Below are positions 1-7,931 of a DNA stretch of 64,000 nucleotides, in pieces. The stretch is from a virus. The position numbers were made by a program, and so were the translations under genes. Location of the stretch: IMG/VR virus record IMGVR_UViG_3300031857_022279; one strand, written 5' to 3'. Below the pieces are notes generated by a model. The model saw only the letters and a list, made by a program, of their open reading frames with translations, was not told where the DNA came from and made no database searches. Numbering within the stretch: the stretch's first letter is position 1; every line of letters starts with the position of its first letter.

Positions 1-190
1 CTTCCTCTTCTTCCTCTTCAACATTCATACTTACTACTTCTTTAGGTTCTTCTTTTTCGATTTCTGTGTTTTCAACTTCTGTATTTTCAATCTCTTCTTC
101 TGGCGCGTCTAGAATTTCCTGTGATTCAATTTCATTTGCAAATGGTGTTAACTCTTCATTTACAAATTGATTATATTTTTTTAATTTCAT
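1..190 (-). CDS. Partial acidic protein (runs off the window start) with CTS-like N-terminus; probable head internal/scaffold protein
   Basis: Hand-translated from ATG at 190: MKLKKYNQFVNEELTPFANEIESQEILDAPEEEIE...EEEEE. Not in the ORF track because it is truncated. Confidence 0.75.
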   Translation of the reverse strand, partial: MKLKKYNQFVNEELTPFANEIESQEILDAPEEEIENTEVENTEIEKEEPKEVVSMNVEEEEEE

Positions 191-215
191 AGTTAAAAAT
201 AATTTTAAGTATATA

Positions 216-701
216 TTAATCTATAGATTTATATTTCTCTTCAATTTCTTGGATAATATAGTCTATAAATCCATCTAGTTCATATTCTAGACCATTACAA
301 AATTCAAATATATCATATCCATCTTTATTGAAGAAGTCCGGCGAAACAGTTCCGTTTTCAAACTTGACTATTTTACCCTCTAGTATTCCAACAACTTTCT
401 TACCATTTTCTAGCTCTAAATCTGGAACATAGAAAGTTCCAATAAAATGCTGCTCATCTCCATAATCTTCCCATTCTTTAAACTCAAACTTAAAATACCC
501 ATTATCATCTTCAAATATTTGTTCAGTTTCAATCTTCCCAATCTCATCATGAACCTGTTTTTCTGTATTAGTACTCCAAGATTGTAAAAACCTCTTTTCT
601 AAATCGGTTAGCGATCCTTCACCATATTTCAGTATTTTTGCCAAAATATCATTGAGTCTATCTTGCTCTGAATAGGATTCAAATCTAATTAAATGTTTCA
701 T
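216..701 (-). CDS. Hypothetical protein with CTS-like N-terminus and a DUF6576-like helical module
   Basis: ORF track; starts MKHLIRFES; contains RLNDILAKILKYGEGSLTDLEKRFL. Confidence 0.7.
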   Translation of the reverse strand: MKHLIRFESYSEQDRLNDILAKILKYGEGSLTDLEKRFLQSWSTNTEKQVHDEIGKIETEQIFEDDNGYFKFEFKEWEDYGDEQHFIGTFYVPDLELENGKKVVGILEGKIVKFENGTVSPDFFNKDGYDIFEFCNGLEYELDGFIDYIIQEIEEKYKSID

Positions 702-752
702 AATGTTATATATAAAACTTCTGAACCTGTATTTTACTATACTCTGAAAATA

Positions 753-1082
753 TTACCAGATTTGACTTTTAGAGAATTTATCTTTAATAATATCCACTAA
801 AATCACATTTTGTTCGCCTCTTGATTGATAAATAAGAACATAGTCATTTTCAATATTTTCTATTATTTTGTAGAAATCTCTTTCTCCTTTGTCTGAACAA
901 ATTTGATCTATCTTTAGATTACGTGAATACCTCAAATACTCCATTTTAATAGACTCGACTAGAACAACCATATAACCAGAGGTTCCGTCTTTTGGATGAT
1001 TTAAAATTGACTCTAGATCAAATCCTGACCAAAATTTTACCAAAGTATCAGAGACTTTAAATTGTTCCAAAAAAGTCATCAT
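753..1082 (-). CDS. Hypothetical protein
   Basis: ORF track; fits the gene packing. Confidence 0.6.
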   Translation of the reverse strand: MMTFLEQFKVSDTLVKFWSGFDLESILNHPKDGTSGYMVVLVESIKMEYLRYSRNLKIDQICSDKGERDFYKIIENIENDYVLIYQSRGEQNVILVDIIKDKFSKSQIW

Positions 1083-1293
1083 CCTCTAAAATATCACCTA
1101 GTTTTTCGTCTCTAATCTCTTTAACCATAAGATCATCTATTCTCTCTTTAAATTCTAGACTATTATTATATCTTTCAGTAAATTCGATAAAACTAGACTC
1201 AGACATTTTAAGAAGCCTTTTATGTGACTGAGATACCGATTTTAAATCAATCCAACTCTCATAAAATTTATACATCTTATGTTCTTTAAACAT
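1057..1293 (-). CDS. Small hypothetical protein (start may be ATG 1275, MYKFYES)
   Basis: ORF track; TAATATATAA motif just upstream. Confidence 0.6.
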   Translation of the reverse strand: MFKEHKMYKFYESWIDLKSVSQSHKRLLKMSESSFIEFTERYNNSLEFKERIDDLMVKEIRDEKLGDILEDDDFFGTI

Positions 1294-1309
1294 AAGTTAT
1301 ATATTAGAG

Positions 1310-2775
1310 TTACTTCATTCCGGAAAATATATCTAAAACCACACTAAGTCTTTTTGTAATCTCAGGAAGACCAAGTGGATCTATAATAGAATTAATTGGA
1401 GATAAAATTGACTTCATAAACTGCTCGTCATAATCAATTTCTGGTGCAAATTCTATAGGATAGGAACCCCTAATAAAAGCAAACATATCATTTGTCTTTT
1501 TATTCTTACAATAATAGTATTTGATCTTAGTTCCTGACTTAATGAATTCGTACTTTGATTGTAATAACTTATTCTGATTTAAAAGATAGTTATGATAAGC
1601 TGCAGATTTAACAGCAAAGTGGGCACCACTAACAAATTCCAATCTATCTTTATCTTCTAAAACTTTGGTTTCATAATTAGAACAAGATGACTGCATCGAA
1701 ATATCATCGATATCTGCAAGTTCAAATTCTTTTCTAAGATTTTTAACTAATTTTAGTAGGTCTTTGATATTAAAGTCATCTGGATGGGCAAAAAGATATT
1801 TTACAATTTCAACAATCTTTTCACGGGCAAATGCCGGTGTAGAAGAACGAACAAGCTCAACACCTTTAGGAAAGATATAAGTTAGTCTATCATAAGGAAT
1901 ACCATCTTCATATACAATATGCTGAATGTACTTCTTTTTTGCTATATTAATAATTGATTCTGATATCCTTTCTAACTCAAAATCTTCTCTGTTTTTTACT
2001 CCATAACTACCAGCATATTCATCAAGACATTTTTTGAAATAATCTCCATACCTAAGTGCGTCTATACCATGTATGAAATCTAATTCATTATCCCAATTCC
2101 ACTGTATTTCTATATCCTTAATTAAATCCTGAATATCTTTTGAATTAAATGACCGGTCTTTAACAAAATACCCATCGATAATAATTAATTCCGGATTAGT
2201 ATTAGTTATAAAATCTTTAAAATCATTTACGTTCTTAAAGTGACCAATACAATTACTATTAGTAATTTTAGATTCTTGTCTTTTTTCTAGAAATACAAAC
2301 CTCTGATTTAAAGAATTCATCTTTGACAGTGGAAGATTCCTCCATTCACAATGTTGAATTGCTGGTTCAAAAGATACAAATAATGAATCCGTATCTGCAT
2401 AGATTGATACTTCATCACCGTCTTTTTTGGATAAAGAAGTGACATTCTTCACTCCAAGTTTAGAATGTAGTTCAAAATCTAGATGCCATTGTTCATACCA
2501 ATACTTTTCATTTACAGCATTCATAGTTTTAGTCAAGTCTCTGCCTTGCGCTGTTATAGTACCGGCGACGTGTTGATTAAACAGTATGAAATATTGCGTA
2601 GCAAATGCTCCGTAACTTCCATTTAATATTAATTTTAAAGCATTTTCCCCTCTGTCAAAAAACAGAGGGGTTATCGAGCCAACTGAAGAGCGTTGTAATA
2701 ATCAGATTCTCTCTTCAGTTGGTTGGCTTTAATTTTTAGTGACTCGATTTTTTTTAATTTATCTTCTCTCGTCAT
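1310..2775 (-). CDS. gp43: Family B DNA polymerase, C-terminal half (fingers/palm/thumb), interrupted by a 38-nt coding gap at 2676-2639
   Basis: Motif C YADTDSLF, IAKKKY and KGVELVRSSTP are in ORF 1310..2536. That frame extends upstream without ATG/GTG/TTG through ALKLILNGSYGAF (motif B). The upstream ORF 2775..2671 ends YNALQLA-R-stop. Joining at the GCT/GCT pair restores QLALKLILNGSYG. Confidence 0.9.
2639..2679 (-). other. Candidate programmed translational bypass element (take-off GCT 2679-2677, CGA TAA, hairpin 2670-2647, landing GCT 2641-2639)
   Basis: Minus strand reads GCT CGA TAA CCCCTCTGT TTTTTG ACAGAGGGG AAAAT GCT TTA AAA. Confidence 0.7.
2671..2775 (-). CDS. 34-codon upstream ORF encoding the N-terminal segment of the polymerase subunit
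   Basis: Hand translation MTREDKLKKIESLKIKANQLKRESDYYNALQLAR*; below the ORF-track length cutoff. Confidence 0.85.
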   Translation of the reverse strand: MTREDKLKKIESLKIKANQLKRESDYYNALQLAR

Positions 2776-2860
2776 TTAATTTTTTATATTTTTTTTAAAT
2801 AATTTCCAAAGAAACTTATTGAAAAGTTATAGTGTTAAAAACAAGTTAGTTTAATAACTT

Positions 2861-3634
2861 TTAATCCTCCACACTAAAATCCTGTTCAAATGAAATCATA
2901 AGGTGACTCTCTTCGTCTTTCGTTAAAATAAAAGTTTCAAAAACGAAAAAGTGTACATGGTCACCACTATCATTGATAGAAGGTAGAAAAGTTTTGTTAA
3001 ACATTAGATGTCTATCAGTAACATCTACTTTGTCTACTTCAAATTCCCACGTTGATGTTTCAGAAAGAATAACCTTTTGACTATCTACGTTAAGATGAAC
3101 TACTTTACCGTCTGAGTTTATAGAGCAAAGTTTTTTAATATCTTGGAATTCACTACTTTCAACTTTAAAAGACCATTTAGACAATTTTGTATCGACTCTT
3201 TTAGATAAAACCGCTTTTGTTATATCTCTTATTTCTGAATTTTCACCACCTTGTATTGCAATTTTTAACTTACCATTTTTAATTTGTAAAAATCTTGCTA
3301 GAGATTGATCATCATCAGTTCTGTAATCAACAGTGACTGCAATTTTTTCAGATTTCTTTATAAATTGTAGATTCTTAACAAATTTCTTAGACCCTGAAAT
3401 TATTATATCAATAGTTTCATCAATATCCTCTTTAGTAGTTAAGTATTCGTTGGTATTAATGATGTAGCTTTTAAAGGCCAGTAGAATAGTTTCACCAACA
3501 ATAGAATACATTAAAATATTTTCTGAATCTATTTTTAACTTTAAGGTGTCACTTATTTTTGACAAATCTTCGAGCTTGTGAAGAAAATCTTCAAATTTAT
3601 CTCCGTTGATCGTGAAGTTAAGTTTCTTTGTCAT
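2861..3634 (-). CDS. Probable sliding clamp (gp45/PCNA-like)
   Basis: 257 aa with an alternating alpha/beta two-domain pattern; directly upstream of the polymerase gene on the same strand; no diagnostic motif confirmed. Confidence 0.5.
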   Translation of the reverse strand: MTKKLNFTINGDKFEDFLHKLEDLSKISDTLKLKIDSENILMYSIVGETILLAFKSYIINTNEYLTTKEDIDETIDIIISGSKKFVKNLQFIKKSEKIAVTVDYRTDDDQSLARFLQIKNGKLKIAIQGGENSEIRDITKAVLSKRVDTKLSKWSFKVESSEFQDIKKLCSINSDGKVVHLNVDSQKVILSETSTWEFEVDKVDVTDRHLMFNKTFLPSINDSGDHVHFFVFETFILTKDEESHLMISFEQDFSVED

Positions 3635-3686
3635 TTTAATTCTGATTTATAATATCTAATATATACAATAAATTTTGTTTTGTTTT

Positions 3687-4469
3687 ATGACCGATAATGA
3701 AATGACCGGCAAAAGAATTAAAGTTCAAAGTATGAATGATCCTTACGTTAACTTAAAAGAGGACGATTTAGGAACAGTTGTTGGAACTGATGAACTTGGA
3801 AATTTAATTGTAGATTGGGACAAAGGTATTACTTTAAAAATAACACCAGAGATTGATGAGTTTGAAATAGTTGAAGAGTCAAGAAAACTACATAAATTTT
3901 TTGAGTTCAAAGTAGAAGATAATATTAATGTTGATTTCATTTCTGCTAAAATGTACGAGTTAAGTGATTTAGTCTCTGAATATTCCGGAATCTCATTTGA
4001 GTATCACATACATTCTGAAAAAGAAAATTCAAATGAAATGGGTATTTTAGAAGTTTCATTGAGTTCAACTGAAACAGATATTAAAATATCTTGGATTTTA
4101 GACTTAGATAAACCTAATTTAAAAGTTGAAGAGTCTACTTCAGATACAACTGAAGAAGTTTATAGTTCACACCTTGAAAATATTGAAGAGGGATTAGACA
4201 TTATAGAGCATCATGTTCATAATATTTTTGAGATATCAGAGAGAAAAAAGGCACAAAGATATAAAGGTAGAAAAATTCCTGGAAAGTATCTCGCTGGTCC
4301 TCATCCAAGTAAGATGAAGAAGGAAATAGATAGATTCGTGGGAAAAAAAGAATACAAAAAAGATTGGGATGCCGACTACAAGTCTGGAAAAGGTGGTGAG
4401 GGAGAAAGAGTTAAGACTAAAAAATCTGCGGCTACAAAAGCTTACCAAAAAATGTTTGGTGATAAATAA
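3687..4469 (+). CDS. Hypothetical protein with an acidic core and a basic C-terminal phage head-type motif (KTKKSAATKAYQKMFG)
   Basis: ORF track 3675..4469; ATG 3687 preferred over TTG 3675. Confidence 0.65.
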   Translation: MTDNEMTGKRIKVQSMNDPYVNLKEDDLGTVVGTDELGNLIVDWDKGITLKITPEIDEFEIVEESRKLHKFFEFKVEDNINVDFISAKMYELSDLVSEYSGISFEYHIHSEKENSNEMGILEVSLSSTETDIKISWILDLDKPNLKVEESTSDTTEEVYSSHLENIEEGLDIIEHHVHNIFEISERKKAQRYKGRKIPGKYLAGPHPSKMKKEIDRFVGKKEYKKDWDADYKSGKGGEGERVKTKKSAATKAYQKMFGDK

Positions 4470-4480
4470 AATATAATAAT

Positions 4481-5041
4481 ATGGAAATTAAGAAATTTGG
4501 AAAACCTGAGAAACCTGTCATCGAAGACAAGGTTGAGAAAAATGGTTCAGTCGTAGTACCAAAAAAACTAAACGAACAAACAGTATCTCAATTGACTGAC
4601 AGACTAAAAGATGAGTACACTGCTCACTTCTATTACAGATCTGCGGCTAACTGGTGTCGTAATATGAATTACAAAAAAGCTGCTGCGTTTTTTGAAAACG
4701 AAGCGAATACTGAGTTAGAACATGCAACTGGATTACAAGAATATATGGATGACTTCAATGTTCAGCCTGAAATACCACAAACTGAGACTGATTTTAAATT
4801 CTCTACATTAGTTGATATTATCAACGGTGCATATGATATGGAATTGAATCTATTGAACGCATATAACAAAAGCTCTTCAGAATTATTCACTAGTGATTTA
4901 ACAACATTTGATTTTTTACAAAGTTATAGAACAGGTCAAAAAGAAGCTGTTATTGAGTATTCTGACTTACTAAATGCATTGGTGTTAGTAGATCACAATG
5001 ATAAATTCCAAGTTCTTTACTTTGAACAAACTTACTTTTAA
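4481..5041 (+). CDS. ftn: Ferritin (non-haem, FtnA-like)
   Basis: Aligns by eye to E. coli FtnA: DEYTAHFYY, AAAFF..EANTELEH, AYDME, TFDFLQSYRTGQKE. Confidence 0.85.
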   Translation: MEIKKFGKPEKPVIEDKVEKNGSVVVPKKLNEQTVSQLTDRLKDEYTAHFYYRSAANWCRNMNYKKAAAFFENEANTELEHATGLQEYMDDFNVQPEIPQTETDFKFSTLVDIINGAYDMELNLLNAYNKSSSELFTSDLTTFDFLQSYRTGQKEAVIEYSDLLNALVLVDHNDKFQVLYFEQTYF

Positions 5042-5044
5042 ACT

Positions 5045-5437
5045 ATGAAATACCTACTAAACTACGAAGATTTAATTGAAGATTTCTCTAAATATCTTGA
5101 AGAAGAAGATATGAACCTTAAAAATGATTTCAATGAGATAGTTGAAGAACTTGACGAGTACGATGAATTATATGACATATCTGAGAGTAACTCAGGTGTG
5201 ACTGCTTCTCTTAGAAAGAAGTCAAAAGCCTCTGGTATTCCTATGGGAATTTTGAGAAAAGTATTTGCTCGTGGAATGCAGGCATGGAATGCGGGACACA
5301 GACCAGGTGTTGCTCAACATCAATGGGCTTTTGGAAGAGTCAATAGTTTTATAACCGGAGCGGGTGGTGCTAGAAAATCAGATTCCGATTTGTGGTCAAA
5401 GGCTAAAGCCGCTAAAGCTAGAAAAAAGAAAAAATAA
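5045..5437 (+). CDS. Conserved viral protein (DUF5824-like)
   Basis: SGIPMGILRKVFARGMQAWNAGHRPGVAQHQWAFGRVNSF motif, recognised from T4-like phage and algal virus proteins. Confidence 0.6.
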   Translation: MKYLLNYEDLIEDFSKYLEEEDMNLKNDFNEIVEELDEYDELYDISESNSGVTASLRKKSKASGIPMGILRKVFARGMQAWNAGHRPGVAQHQWAFGRVNSFITGAGGARKSDSDLWSKAKAAKARKKKK

Positions 5438-5439
5438 AT

Positions 5440-5706
5440 ATGAAATACTTAAAAAGATTTAATGAAAATTTAGATAATAATTCTGATAAAATCCATATAC
5501 CTGAAGAGTATTCAGGAGTTAGAATGGAAATTGGAGAATTTGCTTCACCTAATGATATTATTGTTGCTTATAATACTACAGTTGAAGAAGGAACACCTCT
5601 TGTTAGTTATTCTGATGGTACATTCTATAATGAGGACGATATGGATATTCCAGTTGATGTTGTTCTTGACGAATTGAACTATGCAATTACAGGTGGTGAA
5701 GAATAA
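5440..5706 (+). CDS. Small acidic protein with CTS-like N-terminus
   Basis: MKYLKRFNENL... Confidence 0.65.
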   Translation: MKYLKRFNENLDNNSDKIHIPEEYSGVRMEIGEFASPNDIIVAYNTTVEEGTPLVSYSDGTFYNEDDMDIPVDVVLDELNYAITGGEE

Positions 5707-5725
5707 TTAAAATTTAAAAATATGT

Positions 5726-5749
5726 AAAAAGACCCCTACGGGTCTTTTT
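5726..5749. terminator. Bidirectional intrinsic terminator
   Basis: AAAAAGACCC-CTAC-GGGTCTTTTT between convergent genes. Confidence 0.85.
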
Positions 5750-6478
5750 TTATCCTAAAAGTTCATCTAATCTTTCGCCTCTAGAAGGTGTGATTTGAGA
5801 AGAAGATGCCAATTCTTGATTTCCGAATTCTATTACTTGTTGATTGAATGATATTATTTTAGATAATCTATAAAGTAATAATTCATCTTCAATTTTATAC
5901 CTCTTTTCTAAGCTTTCAAATTGATCAGTATTCCTTCGTAGGTAAAGAATAGAGTCTATGATATAGTCACTTTTATCCCAATCAAGAGAAACTATCTGAC
6001 CAGTCGAATACTTCATATTACAGATTTCGTTTCCTTCTTCATCAAACGCCCAGTAATTTGAAATTATTTCAATTACATCTTTTAGAGTTTGAACAAAGTG
6101 GATACATGGAAGCACCGGAACATAATTAAAGTTGTATTTATAATTAATGTAATCTATTTTTTTTATTTGATGAATATTTTTTTCTTGTAGTTGTTTAAGA
6201 GTTGAAATCTCTTTGCGAAGATTCATTTCTGACCTTTTACTACAATTTTGATTGCTGTGTTTTACAGTAAATCCCTCTTCTAGGAAATTATTAAGTAAAA
6301 TTTCAAATCTGGATTCGTGATTTTTAGCAATAGAAAAAGAGAATCTATAGTTGATTTTCAAGGAACTAGGATTATCAATATTGTATAATTGACCTGAAAC
6401 TAAAGAATTAGAATAGGAAGAGTCTTTTATTTTTTCTTCCCAAAAAAGAATCTCACTTTTAGATAGAAACCTGCTCAT
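5750..6478 (-). CDS. Hypothetical protein
   Basis: ORF track; overlaps the end of the aminotransferase gene. Confidence 0.65.
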   Translation of the reverse strand: MSRFLSKSEILFWEEKIKDSSYSNSLVSGQLYNIDNPSSLKINYRFSFSIAKNHESRFEILLNNFLEEGFTVKHSNQNCSKRSEMNLRKEISTLKQLQEKNIHQIKKIDYINYKYNFNYVPVLPCIHFVQTLKDVIEIISNYWAFDEEGNEICNMKYSTGQIVSLDWDKSDYIIDSILYLRRNTDQFESLEKRYKIEDELLLYRLSKIISFNQQVIEFGNQELASSSQITPSRGERLDELLG

Positions 6479-7571
6479 CGACTTTTATTTTATCAAAGTA
6501 ATTAACAAAAGTTTCGTGTGGTACCGCAACCGAAATTCTTGATAACTCTGGATTTACAGTTCTATTCAAAGAGAATTTGGTAAGAGGCACCGATGATATC
6601 TGATTGACGAGTAAGATGTCAAAGTCAATTTTTATAATTGCAAAGGGACCAGTTGGTGTTGATGGATATTCATCAAATAAAAATCCTCTCTCTTTTAAGT
6701 AACTAATATTCTTTTTAATACTGTCTTGAGTTTTTAATTTATAATTATCTAATGCCAATTTACCATCATCTGTTGTAAGTAGTCTAGTTATTATTTGCTG
6801 AGGTATTGTTGAAATGGAATTATACTTATATAAAGAACGAATCTTCATTGAGTTATACAATTCTTGATTTTTTGTTGCGATATATCCGACTCTGAGTCCT
6901 GATAAACCCATTGATTTAGAAAAAGATGAAATCACAATTACATTATCGTAAAATAATTCATGAATAGGATCATCAATATCATTGAAAAGAAAGTAATATG
7001 GTAGGTCTAAAATAACTGTAATATTTTTTTCTTTTGAATAGTCTAAGAATTTTTTTAAGTCATAGAAATATGGTGACCATCCAGTTGGATTTGACGGAAA
7101 ACATAACATAACTACTCCTGATGGTCCAAGTATCGGATCCAAAGCTTTGAAGTTGCCAATATTAAAATCATCAAACTCTTGAATATTTTTATTATGAATT
7201 TTAAGAATTTTATTCCAAGATCCCCAGTGATATTTCGGAACCCAGAAGTTTTCTTCTGAAAGTGAATTAATAACTAAATCAAGTGTTGCCATTCCACCGG
7301 GAACAGTCATTACCCAGTGATCTTTCAAGTGAAATTTATCTTTAATTGCTTCTACTAATTTAGTATCACCATCATTACCACCATATTGCTGAACAGATTT
7401 TTGATTATAGTCAAAGTCATTCATGAACGAATTTAAATCGATTAAATCTACATCCATTACTCCTCTGTGTAGTTTCAAGTAAGGTTTTCTAGTTTTCTTT
7501 TCTAGATTTTGACATCTTTCACCTATTTCAACAATTGACGAGTAAGTAACTGGGGAATGATTAATTTTCAT
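6459..7571 (-). CDS. PLP-dependent aminotransferase, class I/II
   Basis: PSNPTG, ILDLPYY and SFSKSMGLSGLRVGY (PLP lysine) motifs. Confidence 0.9.
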   Translation of the reverse strand: MKINHSPVTYSSIVEIGERCQNLEKKTRKPYLKLHRGVMDVDLIDLNSFMNDFDYNQKSVQQYGGNDGDTKLVEAIKDKFHLKDHWVMTVPGGMATLDLVINSLSEENFWVPKYHWGSWNKILKIHNKNIQEFDDFNIGNFKALDPILGPSGVVMLCFPSNPTGWSPYFYDLKKFLDYSKEKNITVILDLPYYFLFNDIDDPIHELFYDNVIVISSFSKSMGLSGLRVGYIATKNQELYNSMKIRSLYKYNSISTIPQQIITRLLTTDDGKLALDNYKLKTQDSIKKNISYLKERGFLFDEYPSTPTGPFAIIKIDFDILLVNQISSVPLTKFSLNRTVNPELSRISVAVPHETFVNYFDKIKVDEQVSI

Positions 7572-7885
7572 AATACTTCATTTAAAATTTTTCTGAATTC
7601 GTTTTCAATTTCACGAATTTTTCTTCTAGTAGACTTTATATCAAATTGCATTCGATAGAAGTTTACCTTATCTTCATCATCTTCATTGAGCAGAGATACT
7701 TTAAATTCAACATTTTTTTCTAACGACGTGATTTTATCTTTTAGAATCTCTTTAGTTAATTTAATGGGTCCTAATTCAGAATTTACTATAAATTCTCCTG
7801 ATTCATCGAACTCTACTTCACTATCTCTAGTAAGTACAGTTTTATCTAAAATAGTTAGATCTTGTGTAAGTTTATATTTAGCCAT
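7568..7885 (-). CDS. Hypothetical protein
   Basis: ORF track; 4-nt overlap with the downstream gene. Confidence 0.65.
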   Translation of the reverse strand: MAKYKLTQDLTILDKTVLTRDSEVEFDESGEFIVNSELGPIKLTKEILKDKITSLEKNVEFKVSLLNEDDEDKVNFYRMQFDIKSTRRKIREIENEFRKILNEVL

Positions 7886-7931
7886 AGGATTTAATATATA
7901 GAATGTAGTTGAAAATAACTTTAAAGTTTAA

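Noticed and set aside
1310-2536. ORF-track start of the polymerase at TTG 2536
   Set aside because: Motif B (KLILNGSYG) lies upstream in the same frame, so this start would delete essential catalytic residues.
2635-2643. ATG at 2643 behind GAGGGG as a re-initiation site
   Set aside because: It reads ATG CTT TAA, out of frame with the polymerase. It would only work if the sequence has an indel error, which is listed as a test under the main finding.
2647-2670. Hairpin in the polymerase gap read as an intrinsic terminator
   Set aside because: On the coding (minus) strand it is followed by AAAAT, not a U-tract, and it has no flanking A/T runs like the real terminators in this window. Termination here would also cut off the polymerase.
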